Positions 23,909 through 34,200 are shown, counted from the first letter of the stretch. The stretch: DNA of 44,457 bases from a virus (IMGVR_UViG_3300017922_000005:1-44457); one strand, 5' to 3'. Numbers and translations are program-made. Notes: generated by a model not told the origin, from the letters alone.

Positions 23909-26157
23909 ATGGTTTAGTAGAGAGATTACGGGATTTCAATCCCAATCGTGTCAAGCACTTGGAAAATCAATTGGCTAAGACAAGTAACGAATTGGACAAG
24001 ACCATGCAAATGGTAGAAAAGCCACAGCATAATGTATATAGCAGGGAGATCGGTATCCAGCACATGAATCTGCCTTTGCGGATTCGTGATATATATAATG
24101 TGGCTGCCTTCAATTCAGTATTACGTACAGCTATTCATAATATAAAGAGTGAAATTTTCAGACAACCCCCAGTGTGGAAGGCAAGGTTTGTCAGAAAGTG
24201 TAGTGAATGCGGACACGAACACATGAAAAGTGTTGATAAGTGTGAGGCGTGTGGAAGTACATCCCTGCAAGAACCGGATATCAATCAGACCGCCCGATTT
24301 GAGGAATTTGTACAGAATGCAAACAAGAACGGACAGACTTTGAAGGAAGTCCTAAAAGAATGTGAACGTGATCTTGAAATTATCGACGATGCCTATGTCG
24401 TGCTTGTCAAGAGTTATGCTGTTGGTAAAGATGGCATCATGTATGAAAGAGTCAACGAGATCATCCGAGGCAACCCAGAAAGGATACGTATCGTGTCCAA
24501 CGACAGGGGCGAGATCGGTGGTAAATGGTGGGTGTGCCCCTTACACCGTGAACCCAAATTTGAAACTGAAAAAGACCCCATGAAGCGTAAACATGGTAAA
24601 GTTTATGAAAATCCTGGGCATTGTGAAATCTGTGGAAGAAAACTTTACGAAGTACATCATGTATCAATAATGGGTACCGATGCTTCCGCAGCAGCCGAAC
24701 AATACTTTATTGAAGGCGAGATTATTCATGGTTCCAAATACAGTCCATCCCTGCTTTATGGTTACAGTCCGGTAGTTTCCCTCTGGAAGGAAGCTTCCAC
24801 CCTGCTGAACATGGCAAATTACATTAACGAGTATTATAAATTCCAGCGTACTCCCAAAGGTGCCATCTTCATCAATACCATGAATCCGGAATCCATGTAC
24901 AAGAAATGGGATGAAATCAATGAAAGAATGAGAGTTGATCCCCACTACATACCCATGATTGCTACGCAGGGAGATTCCAATTCCAAGAACAGGGCGGATT
25001 TTGTAAAATTCTCCGATACCCTGCAGGAAATGGGATATTCAGAAGGCAAGGATGAACTTCGACAGAGGATTTCTGCATTCTACGGTGTTACCAATATACT
25101 TATGAATGATGCTACGTCATCGGGAGGCAGTAATAATGAAGGACTTCAGATCAAAGTGACTGATCGTGCGGTAGAAACTGGACAAAATGTCTGGAACGAG
25201 AAATTCTTCCCGAAACTCATGAAAGCATTCTCCATAACGGACTGGAATCTTGTACTTCAACCCAACGAAGAAACTGACCAGATGAAACGTATTCAACTGG
25301 AAACTTCCAAAGCCCAGCACGCACAACTCATGCAACAGATGGGATTCAAGGTAACACTGGATGCGCAGGGTGAATTTGAATATAGTGGAGAAGCCATGGA
25401 CTTATCTGCACAACAGGAAGAAATGATGGGAGAAGACGAAATGGGTGAAGGTGATCCTGAATATGATGATGGGATGGTGAATCCGGATGAAGAACCGGAT
25501 GACCTTTTCATGGATGCCGATGATGAAGCCGAAGGTGGACAATATAGAGAACTCTTCTTCGATGCCGAGGAGGATGGTAGAAAAAATAAGAGTGACTCCT
25601 CACCTATAACTATTGATGGGGAGTTAACAAAGACAGTACCATGGAGAAGGAGTGCCGCCAACGGTTATAGAAAGATCGAGATTACCAGACGAGATGGAGA
25701 AAGACAGGCAGTCTGGGTAAAGATGCATTCTGATAGGGAACTTGGTCAAAAACGTGATGGAGAATCCATGGATACCCATGAACTGTTTGGTGAAGACAGA
25801 GATAGATGGAATATCCAGCGCAGACCATCTGAAGAAATTAAGAGGGATAACTACTCTACCAGATGGGAGCAGGAAGAAGGCGTCAAGAATAAGGAGACTC
25901 CACTACCACCGGAGAAAGCTAAATTGAGGACAACATTCCAAGAAGCTCATAATGATGTGGTCGTCAATATAATAGGTAGGGATGCCGACCAGATGAAAGA
26001 AACCGCGGAAGATGATCCTTTGCAGGGACACATGGCAGCCTTCAATCCGGACACCAAAGAGTTGAATATTGATAGTAACATTACAACCAGCCAGATGAAG
26101 CAGGTTTTCGAGAAGTATCATGATATGTTGAGGAAGCAAGATGAAGAATCTAAATGA
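23893..26157 (+). CDS. Portal protein with two Zn-ribbon-like insertions and a long acidic C-terminal extension
   Basis: Position after TerL; GYSPV, DELRQRISAFYGV portal-like motifs; CSEC..CEAC and CPLH..HCEIC inserts. Confidence 0.85.
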   Translation: MVFNINGLVERLRDFNPNRVKHLENQLAKTSNELDKTMQMVEKPQHNVYSREIGIQHMNLPLRIRDIYNVAAFNSVLRTAIHNIKSEIFRQPPVWKARFVRKCSECGHEHMKSVDKCEACGSTSLQEPDINQTARFEEFVQNANKNGQTLKEVLKECERDLEIIDDAYVVLVKSYAVGKDGIMYERVNEIIRGNPERIRIVSNDRGEIGGKWWVCPLHREPKFETEKDPMKRKHGKVYENPGHCEICGRKLYEVHHVSIMGTDASAAAEQYFIEGEIIHGSKYSPSLLYGYSPVVSLWKEASTLLNMANYINEYYKFQRTPKGAIFINTMNPESMYKKWDEINERMRVDPHYIPMIATQGDSNSKNRADFVKFSDTLQEMGYSEGKDELRQRISAFYGVTNILMNDATSSGGSNNEGLQIKVTDRAVETGQNVWNEKFFPKLMKAFSITDWNLVLQPNEETDQMKRIQLETSKAQHAQLMQQMGFKVTLDAQGEFEYSGEAMDLSAQQEEMMGEDEMGEGDPEYDDGMVNPDEEPDDLFMDADDEAEGGQYRELFFDAEEDGRKNKSDSSPITIDGELTKTVPWRRSAANGYRKIEITRRDGERQAVWVKMHSDRELGQKRDGESMDTHELFGEDRDRWNIQRRPSEEIKRDNYSTRWEQEEGVKNKETPLPPEKAKLRTTFQEAHNDVVVNIIGRDADQMKETAEDDPLQGHMAAFNPDTKELNIDSNITTSQMKQVFEKYHDMLRKQDEESK

Positions 26158-28807
26158 TATGAAACGAAATGTGAAGGCGTGGGAGCGTGAGCACAAACCC
26201 TCCAAAAACCCTTCTCCTCATGAATCACCAAAAGAGGAACCCGCAAAGGATGCACCTATCAATCAACGGGAACAGGCTAACCAAAAGGTGGAAGAGAATA
26301 AAAAGAATATTGAAGCCAGAAGAAAGATTGGTGCCAATAAACGTAAATATAATGAATTACGTAGGAAAGTAAATTACAAAGAACAGAAAGAGAATATTGA
26401 AGCTGGTAAGACTCCCGTAGGAAACAAAGAAGAGTACAAAAAACCTACCAAGGGGCATGATCTGGTAGAGGCTGCGAAGCCTCGACATAAATTGGCAAAT
26501 TACAGGCAACCTGCATGGAACAAAGGTATAAAGAGGGAGATGGTTCCGGAAGGCAAGTATATAAAACATCAAATAGATGCTCAAGGTAGAAGAAATGTAA
26601 ATTTTGCCAATACGCCTCTTCCTAATGATGCCAAGGATGCCGACGGAGCCAAACGTGCCCGACGTGTGAACGATGATATTCAGGAACAACAGGCAGAACG
26701 TGCTCATATGGATAGGGGCATGCGTGGAATGGGTGAACAAGCCAAGCGTCGGTTGAATCCGGACATCAAAGACCTTATCGTGCAGGGTAAGAAAGAACTT
26801 GATGAATTAACGGACAAAAATCTGGAAGATGATGATGGGCGTGCCATGAAAGAATGGGCAGAAGATATGAAAGAGATTCTGCTCAAATTCGGTCATGATG
26901 AACTTGCCGAACAGGTACCAGACCCCGAAGATACCGAAGCCATGCAAAAATTTGTGAAACTTGCTTATAAAAGGGCAGGTTTTCACTATCCCACACCTAT
27001 TCCGGACTTGGAAGTTGGAGAAATTACCAGAAGCGATGGTGTTACTCAAAGAGTTTACCATATTCCCAAATCTCCGAAAAAGGACAAATTAAAAATTAGA
27101 CCTGGATTTGTGCAGGAAGACAGGGAACGCCCTCATGGACACGAAGGTAGGGATGATAATGTAACACAAAGAATCTGGAAGAAGGATGAAGATTTCAAAA
27201 TTAAGAATGTAATAAATCAGGGAGACTGGAAATTTGATCCTGATCAGCAGATTACAAAAGTCACCAAGACAAAAGGAAATCAGGGGTTTGAATTTGGTGG
27301 AGTGAATCCTTCTGCATTAGTTACATATGAAGATGGTTCCCGTGCCTTCTTTAAATCCGAACAAGAACATGAACATTTTGCCATTGATCCTCAACAGAGA
27401 ATGAGAAATGAATATGGTGTATCCAAATTCTTCCACCAGAACTTCTCTGATAAATTTTCTTTTAATATTCCAAGGTCTAATATCATTTCTTTAAACAAAA
27501 TAGATAATGAAGAACTTATAGATATACTTGGAGTAGAAGAGGGAGAAGTTTTAAGGAATGAATTTATAAATGGATATCCCATAGATATTATCCATGATAA
27601 AGAATTCATTGATAAAGTGGATGAAAAAGGATTAATTGAATCTGTAATCTTCAATTATGCTATAGGTAATAGTGATTACCATGGTGGAAATGCCTTAATA
27701 GATGAAGAAGGCAAAGTGAATGTTATAGATACTGCTTCATCAATACTTTCAATCCTTGATCCGGAAGAAGAAGATATTGAATTTAATCTATCTGATAATA
27801 CTCTCCTGTGGAATTATCTAGATAATGTATATGATGGAGAGATAGAAGTAGATGATGAAACGGTGCGGGGTTTTCTGGATGAAGAAGACATACAGGAATA
27901 CATTAAAGATTCTATAAATACTCTTCTGGAAATGGAACCGGAAGAATTTGCAAGAAACCTTTTACAAAACACCGAACTTTCTGATGAGGAATATGAAAAG
28001 AAAGCCGGAATTATAAAAGAAAATCTTGGTGTTTTAAAAAATTTTGTTCTGGAAGAAGATGAGGAAGAACAAGAAAAATGGAACGAATGGTGGCAGACTG
28101 TAAGGGAAGATAGACTTGCTGAATATAAAGAACAACAAGCCAAAAAAGATGCAATAAAAGAAGAGAAAGAAGGCAAATTCAGTGATGATGAAGATTTGCA
28201 AGCCATTCTGGAAAGGGTAGCTGCTGGTGAATCTGCAGAAGAGGCAATGGAAAGTCCGGAGGAACCCGCAAATAAAGAACCCGAACACAATATTGCAATG
28301 CCCAAGCCAGTAAAAACCAGCGAATACACCATGCAAGACCTCTTCAAAGAAAATCAAGCAAGAAGAGCCGAAGGTCTGGAACCTCTAAATTCAATTGAAG
28401 AACTTGCAGCAAGCAAACTCCCTAAACCTACGGAAGAAGCAGTGATTTCCGAGGACGAGGAGAAGGGTTTCCAAGAGTGGGCAGAACAGAACGAGCCACC
28501 AAAGGTTAAATTGGGTGCTATTCCGGAAGAAGAATTCCAAAAATTGATTGATAAGGGTATTCTTGCACCGAAACCCGAAGATGAAAATGAAGAATCTTCT
28601 TCAAATTTCCAAGAAGAGCCCACGGAAGAGCCAAAAAAAGAGTCCGACCAAAGCGTCGTAGAAGCTTTTGAAAACGCAAAGCGGACGACAAAAGAAGCTC
28701 CCAGACCTATCTCTGACAAAGGCAAGCGCTCTGCAAACACCCTCTTCATGGAAGATGCAGATGATGAACCGCACAAGATACAGGGCTGGAAGCCCAATAC
28801 TAAATAA
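26141..28807 (+). CDS. Large head-region protein with a HipA/PI3-4-kinase-like domain and charged low-complexity flanks
   Basis: GGVN loop, AFFK, RNE, GNSDYHGGN catalytic loop, NVIDT. Confidence 0.75.
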   Translation: MKNLNDMKRNVKAWEREHKPSKNPSPHESPKEEPAKDAPINQREQANQKVEENKKNIEARRKIGANKRKYNELRRKVNYKEQKENIEAGKTPVGNKEEYKKPTKGHDLVEAAKPRHKLANYRQPAWNKGIKREMVPEGKYIKHQIDAQGRRNVNFANTPLPNDAKDADGAKRARRVNDDIQEQQAERAHMDRGMRGMGEQAKRRLNPDIKDLIVQGKKELDELTDKNLEDDDGRAMKEWAEDMKEILLKFGHDELAEQVPDPEDTEAMQKFVKLAYKRAGFHYPTPIPDLEVGEITRSDGVTQRVYHIPKSPKKDKLKIRPGFVQEDRERPHGHEGRDDNVTQRIWKKDEDFKIKNVINQGDWKFDPDQQITKVTKTKGNQGFEFGGVNPSALVTYEDGSRAFFKSEQEHEHFAIDPQQRMRNEYGVSKFFHQNFSDKFSFNIPRSNIISLNKIDNEELIDILGVEEGEVLRNEFINGYPIDIIHDKEFIDKVDEKGLIESVIFNYAIGNSDYHGGNALIDEEGKVNVIDTASSILSILDPEEEDIEFNLSDNTLLWNYLDNVYDGEIEVDDETVRGFLDEEDIQEYIKDSINTLLEMEPEEFARNLLQNTELSDEEYEKKAGIIKENLGVLKNFVLEEDEEEQEKWNEWWQTVREDRLAEYKEQQAKKDAIKEEKEGKFSDDEDLQAILERVAAGESAEEAMESPEEPANKEPEHNIAMPKPVKTSEYTMQDLFKENQARRAEGLEPLNSIEELAASKLPKPTEEAVISEDEEKGFQEWAEQNEPPKVKLGAIPEEEFQKLIDKGILAPKPEDENEESSSNFQEEPTEEPKKESDQSVVEAFENAKRTTKEAPRPISDKGKRSANTLFMEDADDEPHKIQGWKPNTK

Positions 28808-28835
28808 TCCTTATCCTTATAAATGAGGCAATAAA

Positions 28836-29084
28836 ATGGGTAGAATAGCAGTAATTTCAATGGTAGGAAATTCAGGTGAATACGAGGATGTTGCTATAAT
28901 TGCACAAGATGATTATGGTGAATTCTCTGTTCACGGAAGAGATAAAGTTATAAAGAAGAGTCTCGAAAGAGATGTTAAGAAAGGAATCAACTTCAAAGGG
29001 CACACATGGAATAAGGACAACCTTATTGATGGGGTGCTCGTCAAATATAACAGACCACCACAAATACAAGTAAGAGAGGATTAA
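28836..29084 (+). CDS. Hypothetical protein
   Basis: GAGG RBS; 82 aa. Confidence 0.7.
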   Translation: MGRIAVISMVGNSGEYEDVAIIAQDDYGEFSVHGRDKVIKKSLERDVKKGINFKGHTWNKDNLIDGVLVKYNRPPQIQVRED

Positions 29085-29086
29085 AA

Positions 29087-29335
29087 ATGCAACTATGTAC
29101 AGACGCAGGCATGAGAAGTAATGGAAAACCATTTACCGGACCGGATTATACACAAGCCCCGATAGCACCTCTTCCGATTCAAAACCCATCAAGGGAAGGA
29201 AAGGAAGACCCCAATGCTGGCAGGGAGACCGGAAATGTAATTGGTGGAAATGATCGCAATCTCGGTGTACGTACCCAGAAGCCCAACATGAACAGAATGA
29301 TTGTGGGTACTTTGGGTATTGAACGTATAGATTAA
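29087..29335 (+). CDS. Hypothetical low-complexity protein
   Basis: GAGG RBS; 82 aa. Confidence 0.6.
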   Translation: MQLCTDAGMRSNGKPFTGPDYTQAPIAPLPIQNPSREGKEDPNAGRETGNVIGGNDRNLGVRTQKPNMNRMIVGTLGIERID

Positions 29336-29352
29336 TTCACAAGGACAAGGAT

Positions 29353-29898
29353 ATGAGCTGGCAGGACGTAGAGCTCAAGTACATCTTGGAAATTGACGAG
29401 AAATATATCGATGCATTTCCAAAAAAGATGAAGGAAGCCATAAAGATAGGTATTCGTGAAATTGCCAGATTTATCAGGGATCAGTGGAGAGAGAACGTCC
29501 ATAATTTCGGACTGGAAGTGAGTGGTACAGCATATCACTCTATCCGGTTCAGAAAGATAAACGATTTCAAATATAAAATCTTTTCCGATGGCACGGCTCC
29601 ATATCTTAAATACCACGAATGGGGTGCTGGTGTCAGTCATGAACCAGACCCCCATGATCCTTTCTTTCCACCACCGGATAAAATCAGGCAATGGATTGAG
29701 GCTAAAGGTGTTTATGCATATGATGCCAATGGCAGACTTATAAATTCCAAACGTCTTGCCTTCTTAATTAGTAGAAGCATATTTAAGCGAGGATTATATC
29801 CAAAACCATGTTTCAGACCTGCAGTGGCTTCAGGCGAGCGGGTTTTCCGACAATATATTAATGATGCAATAGCTGAATATTACGGGTTGAAAAAATGA
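29353..29898 (+). CDS. HK97 gp10-like / virion morphogenesis protein
   Basis: PFFPPPDKIRQW..KG...LAFLISRSIFKRGLYPKPCFRPA pattern. Confidence 0.7.
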   Translation: MSWQDVELKYILEIDEKYIDAFPKKMKEAIKIGIREIARFIRDQWRENVHNFGLEVSGTAYHSIRFRKINDFKYKIFSDGTAPYLKYHEWGAGVSHEPDPHDPFFPPPDKIRQWIEAKGVYAYDANGRLINSKRLAFLISRSIFKRGLYPKPCFRPAVASGERVFRQYINDAIAEYYGLKK

Positions 29899-30218
29899 GC
29901 GTAGAACAACATACGGTAGGACAGAAAAAGACTTATTTCAAAAGACAAAAGGGTTGTCTGGGTGAGCGTGGGCTTGGTACCTGCAATGATTGTATAAAAA
30001 ACTTTCCAGAAATGGCTCTGGGTTGCAAAAATATGGGAGATTTCCTTCCTAAGAAGGACTGGAACCGTATTTTTAAGAACAGTCCACTGTATAACAAGGA
30101 TGTCAAACCCCGTCACGAATTATCCGAAGAATGGTATGAAGATAAACCCATGGGATATAATCGTGCTGGTAAAAAAGTAAACCGTTTTGGACTTCCAATA
30201 GGGAGGAACGGTATTTAA
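29895..30218 (+). CDS. Hypothetical protein (C..C..C...C cluster)
   Basis: ATGA overlap; 107 aa. Confidence 0.65.
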   Translation: MSVEQHTVGQKKTYFKRQKGCLGERGLGTCNDCIKNFPEMALGCKNMGDFLPKKDWNRIFKNSPLYNKDVKPRHELSEEWYEDKPMGYNRAGKKVNRFGLPIGRNGI

Positions 30219-30283
30219 ATCTTTTCTTTTTTCAATGTTAAATTCTGATAGCTGTGATTTGTAAATGTTCATATAATTATTAA

Positions 30284-31786
30284 ATGCTCAATGTCGATGA
30301 AAATACTAGAACTGTTAGTGGCTATGGTACCGTAGAGATTGTCGATAATCAGGGCGACTACGTACCCATCGATGTTGTTTTGCGCTTAATGGATACCTAC
30401 ATGAACAGGGGCGGTGTGCTTGTCGATACACATACCAACCGCCATGTAGGTAAAATTCTCCATTGGGAACCCAAAGAAAAAGATGGGAAAAATGCTGTCT
30501 GGTTACAGGCTCAAATCTTTGATGATTATTCAATCGATGATATGATTTGGGATGCTATAAAGGAAGGGCATTATACTGGATTTTCATTTGGGGGCAGGGG
30601 TTTGGACAAGCACGTAGTATGCAATGCAGAACAGGGCTGTTTCAACCATATAGACGACATGGAAATTTGGGAATGGTCAATAGTTCCCAAGCCTGCTAAC
30701 AAAGAATCGACTATAGACGAATTCAATAAATTAGCAAAAGGTGATAAGTTGACAGATGCCATGATGCCAGTGTTGAACTCAAAAGGAAATATCGAATATA
30801 TGGAAGTAGAACTTTTACAGAAAGCCGAAAAGGAAAGTCCTGAAGAAGAAAAAGCATACCTTGAAGAGGATGTTGATCTCGCAGAAGGTGAAGAAGCTGA
30901 TTGTCCATTGAAAGAGAAAGAAAAGGCAATGGGTAATCGTGAAATGAATCCTGATTCGGACAGACCTCTTCAATATTATCGAGATGCCAAGCATTCTGAA
31001 AGGGTAAAACCCGATAGAAGGAACAGGCGTAAATTGAGTTCAACAGAAATAAAAGACGCACGCAATGTAGCCGAAGCTGCTAATGATCCCAAGCAGAATA
31101 TTGGAAAGGACGACATTCCGGAATATATGATGCATGATGGACATGGTGAATCTAGTAAGGCAACTAAACGTGCAATTCGTTACGCTAATAAAGGAGAACA
31201 AAATATGACTGAAAATGAAGTAGAAATCCTTGTTCCAATGGAGAAATCTGATGGAACTACATCATGGGAACCTATGATAATAGGAGAGGATGCACTTGAA
31301 AAAGCAGGAGATGAAGTACCAGTGACACCCCCAGCAGAAGAATCCGATTCCCCAATGAATCAGATACTCAAGAAACTTGAAGGTATTGAGAGCAGGATAA
31401 CCAAGCTCGAAGGTACCTCCGGACAGCCAGAGATCGAATCTGGAGAGACAGAAAAAGCCGAAACCCCAAAGAAGGTAACGCTTCCAGAAGCCGAACAGAC
31501 AAACGATACTACCCACGCAACTGACGATCATCAGATTCAGCAGGGCAAATCCAAGACCATGAACAAATCAGAAGAGCTTGCTTCCGTTGTTCAGAATGAA
31601 CTGCAGAAAGCTGGATATACAGAAACACCCAGACCTGCAGCACAGTCAGACCAGCCATTCATGGACAATGATGCATCAACCATAAAGGATGTCCTTATGA
31701 AATCCGATGAAGGTGGTTTCGACATGCACAAGGCACTTGCCAACAAATCATTTGATGATCTCAACACCCTCTTTGGAGGAGAATAA
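30284..31786 (+). CDS. Prohead protease (HK97/XkdF-like) fused to a scaffold-like C-terminal region
   Basis: VDNQGD, DTHTNRHVGK (His), YTGFSFGG (Ser), EWSIVPKPAN; directly upstream of the capsid gene. Confidence 0.9.
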   Translation: MLNVDENTRTVSGYGTVEIVDNQGDYVPIDVVLRLMDTYMNRGGVLVDTHTNRHVGKILHWEPKEKDGKNAVWLQAQIFDDYSIDDMIWDAIKEGHYTGFSFGGRGLDKHVVCNAEQGCFNHIDDMEIWEWSIVPKPANKESTIDEFNKLAKGDKLTDAMMPVLNSKGNIEYMEVELLQKAEKESPEEEKAYLEEDVDLAEGEEADCPLKEKEKAMGNREMNPDSDRPLQYYRDAKHSERVKPDRRNRRKLSSTEIKDARNVAEAANDPKQNIGKDDIPEYMMHDGHGESSKATKRAIRYANKGEQNMTENEVEILVPMEKSDGTTSWEPMIIGEDALEKAGDEVPVTPPAEESDSPMNQILKKLEGIESRITKLEGTSGQPEIESGETEKAETPKKVTLPEAEQTNDTTHATDDHQIQQGKSKTMNKSEELASVVQNELQKAGYTETPRPAAQSDQPFMDNDASTIKDVLMKSDEGGFDMHKALANKSFDDLNTLFGGE

Positions 31787-31788
31787 AC

Positions 31789-32934
31789 ATGACGTACAGA
31801 AACTCAATACAGACAATTGGAGACCTTGAATCCCTCTACTATGGAGACCTCTTCTCCAAGCAGTACATGCAGAAAAGCGATGCGCCAATGCTTACTTCCA
31901 CCTCTGGTATTTACAACCAGATTTATGGTGCAAAGGTTTGGGTAAACCTGAATCTTGAAGCCAATGCATTTGGTATGTTGAACAAGACTCCTTGGAAACA
32001 GTCCGGTTGGAGGCTTATCACAACCCGTGCTCTCGGAACTTCTGGAAGCGGTGGAGTTGCTGAAAATGCTGCACTTCCAGATACCACAAAACCCACCTTC
32101 AAAGAGGTCGCTACCAAACCCAAGACCGTTGCACACACCTTCGACAGTTCCGAAGTCATGCAGTACATGGGTACAGTGGACGATTCCCTTGGAGATGTTA
32201 TGGGAGTTCTGCGTGAACACATGGCAAAGGAACATGCAGAACAGATCAACAAGATGCTCCTGAAAGATGCTTCTGCTGAAGCCGCAGCAGCCAGTGGAGA
32301 CCGTGCTGCAGCCGACATGTACAATATCGAATCCCTTGACCGTATAGTGTCCAGTGATGCAGAAGAAGACGCATTTGGTGGAACCTATAATGGTTGGTTC
32401 GATGTATTCAGCCTTGATAGGGATTCCACAACTGACTACGATGCACAGGTCAGCCACAACTCTGGTACAGACCGTTCCTTGTCCTTGTCCCTCATTGATA
32501 GTATGTTCACCAACCTGTGGACTGCTGGTGGAAATCCAAAGGTCATTATGACCGGATATGACTCCCTCATGGCAACCCAGCAACTCTTGCAGGCACAGCA
32601 GAGATTCATGGACACCAAGAGAGTAACACCTTCCGTAAACGGTATTAAAGGTGTAGATGGTGTGGATGCAGGATTCGTTGTTGCAACATACAATGGTGTT
32701 CCATTCATACCATCCAAAGACATGTGTCAGGATACCCTTTCAAGGATGTTCTTCCTCGATACCGACTATCTGGAAATGAGAATTGCAAAACCAACCCAGT
32801 ATTTCGAGTCCGGTATCCTTTCTGGAAACCCCTTCGGAATTAACCGTCTTGGTCAGGAAGGACTTTACCGTACAATGGGTGAAGCAACCTGCCAGTGGTT
32901 TGGCGTACAGGGTAAGATCAGGGATTTGCAGTAA
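31789..32934 (+). CDS. Major capsid protein (HK97 fold)
   Basis: Position; IYGAKVWVNLNLEANAFGMLNKTPWKQSGWR resembles, from recall, magrovirus/HGTV-1-like capsids. Confidence 0.9.
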   Translation: MTYRNSIQTIGDLESLYYGDLFSKQYMQKSDAPMLTSTSGIYNQIYGAKVWVNLNLEANAFGMLNKTPWKQSGWRLITTRALGTSGSGGVAENAALPDTTKPTFKEVATKPKTVAHTFDSSEVMQYMGTVDDSLGDVMGVLREHMAKEHAEQINKMLLKDASAEAAAASGDRAAADMYNIESLDRIVSSDAEEDAFGGTYNGWFDVFSLDRDSTTDYDAQVSHNSGTDRSLSLSLIDSMFTNLWTAGGNPKVIMTGYDSLMATQQLLQAQQRFMDTKRVTPSVNGIKGVDGVDAGFVVATYNGVPFIPSKDMCQDTLSRMFFLDTDYLEMRIAKPTQYFESGILSGNPFGINRLGQEGLYRTMGEATCQWFGVQGKIRDLQ

Positions 32935-32968
32935 TTGCATCCCCATCAATCCTTTTTGGAGGATTTAG

Positions 32969-33289
32969 ATGAACGATCCAATAGCGACTGTAAAATATAT
33001 GGGCACTCTGGATGGGTTAACACATAAGAACCCAATAACCGGAAATGTCCATAAATTTGCAGGTAAGAATGTCCCTGCGAAATTGTACGATTCTCGTGAT
33101 GTCGATTATTACAAGACTAAAAATCATTTCAAGGTAACACTTATTGAGAAAAAGGAAGAACCTGCTCCAATTTCTAAAGAAGATACCAAGGAAGACACGA
33201 AGAAGAGTGCCCAGACCAGACGTTCCAGTACAGCCCGAAAGACCAAAGCGAGCAAAACAAAAAGCTCAACGAAGGCTAAAAAGGAGTGA
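32969..33289 (+). CDS. Small virion-associated protein with K/T/S-rich tail
   Basis: GGAGG RBS within a hairpin; 106 aa. Confidence 0.7.
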   Translation: MNDPIATVKYMGTLDGLTHKNPITGNVHKFAGKNVPAKLYDSRDVDYYKTKNHFKVTLIEKKEEPAPISKEDTKEDTKKSAQTRRSSTARKTKASKTKSSTKAKKE

Positions 33290-33295
33290 TGACAG

Positions 33296-33562
33296 ATGGC
33301 TTTTGCATATGAGGTAACAGACAGAGGTGTATTTGGAGATAAAAAGTACACCAGAGGCACTTATACTAATGCTTCCGGAGATACTGGTGGAGATATAAAC
33401 ACCGGACTCGGACTTTGTGAAATGCTTATACTTCAGCCCACAGGAGCGTCCGCAATTGCAACTGCACCTGTAGTAAATGAAATCCTGCCTGTAGATGGTT
33501 CTGCTGTAACTGTTGTTACTGCAGACGATGAAGATGGTATGTGGATCGCATTTGGTAACTGA
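33296..33562 (+). CDS. Small beta-rich structural protein (possible capsid decoration)
   Basis: GGAGTGA RBS; position after the capsid gene. Confidence 0.7.
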   Translation: MAFAYEVTDRGVFGDKKYTRGTYTNASGDTGGDINTGLGLCEMLILQPTGASAIATAPVVNEILPVDGSAVTVVTADDEDGMWIAFGN

Positions 33563-33627
33563 CTAATGCGATTCTGTTATACCACAATCTTTCTTTTTTT
33601 AGAAACTAATATGGAGAACTGATAGCA

Positions 33628-34200
33628 ATGACTATATCACTGGTATCTGAAATTTTTACACACGAAGAACTCAAAGACGGAACTGCGGAGGCTTGGATAA
33701 ACACCCAAGACCCCCAAAATATATCATCTGTAATGCAAACACAGGCTGGTAATGCTACAGTAACCCTTACCCTTGTATTTGGGGAAGGAATAGGGATAGG
33801 AGAAGCATACAACACAGCCATCAATAGTTTAAATGTTGTAGAAAATGCTCCACTTGATCAGCAGCCACTTGATGAGACACCTCTGAATGCAGTAACTACT
33901 GCCCAAACATCCACATATACAACTGTTCTTGATAAGCAGAGACTTACAGTGATTGTGAATGTTACATCTGGTACAACTGGTGGAACAATTACATTGAAGA
34001 CCAAGAACAGTGCTGGAATAGCAATTAATGTACCTTTCATTGACACTGCTGATGATTCAATAAATACATCAAAAGTATGTACTACTGGTTCTTATATATT
34101 CAAACTTCCAGCAGACATCACTATAAAAGAACTTGCAGTAGATTTGAGTTCTGTTACAGATGGTACATTTACAGTTGATATCCTTGGAGGTGCTCTGTAA
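33628..34200 (+). CDS. Putative structural protein
   Basis: Thr-rich beta protein in the structural operon. Confidence 0.7.
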   Translation: MTISLVSEIFTHEELKDGTAEAWINTQDPQNISSVMQTQAGNATVTLTLVFGEGIGIGEAYNTAINSLNVVENAPLDQQPLDETPLNAVTTAQTSTYTTVLDKQRLTVIVNVTSGTTGGTITLKTKNSAGIAINVPFIDTADDSINTSKVCTTGSYIFKLPADITIKELAVDLSSVTDGTFTVDILGGAL

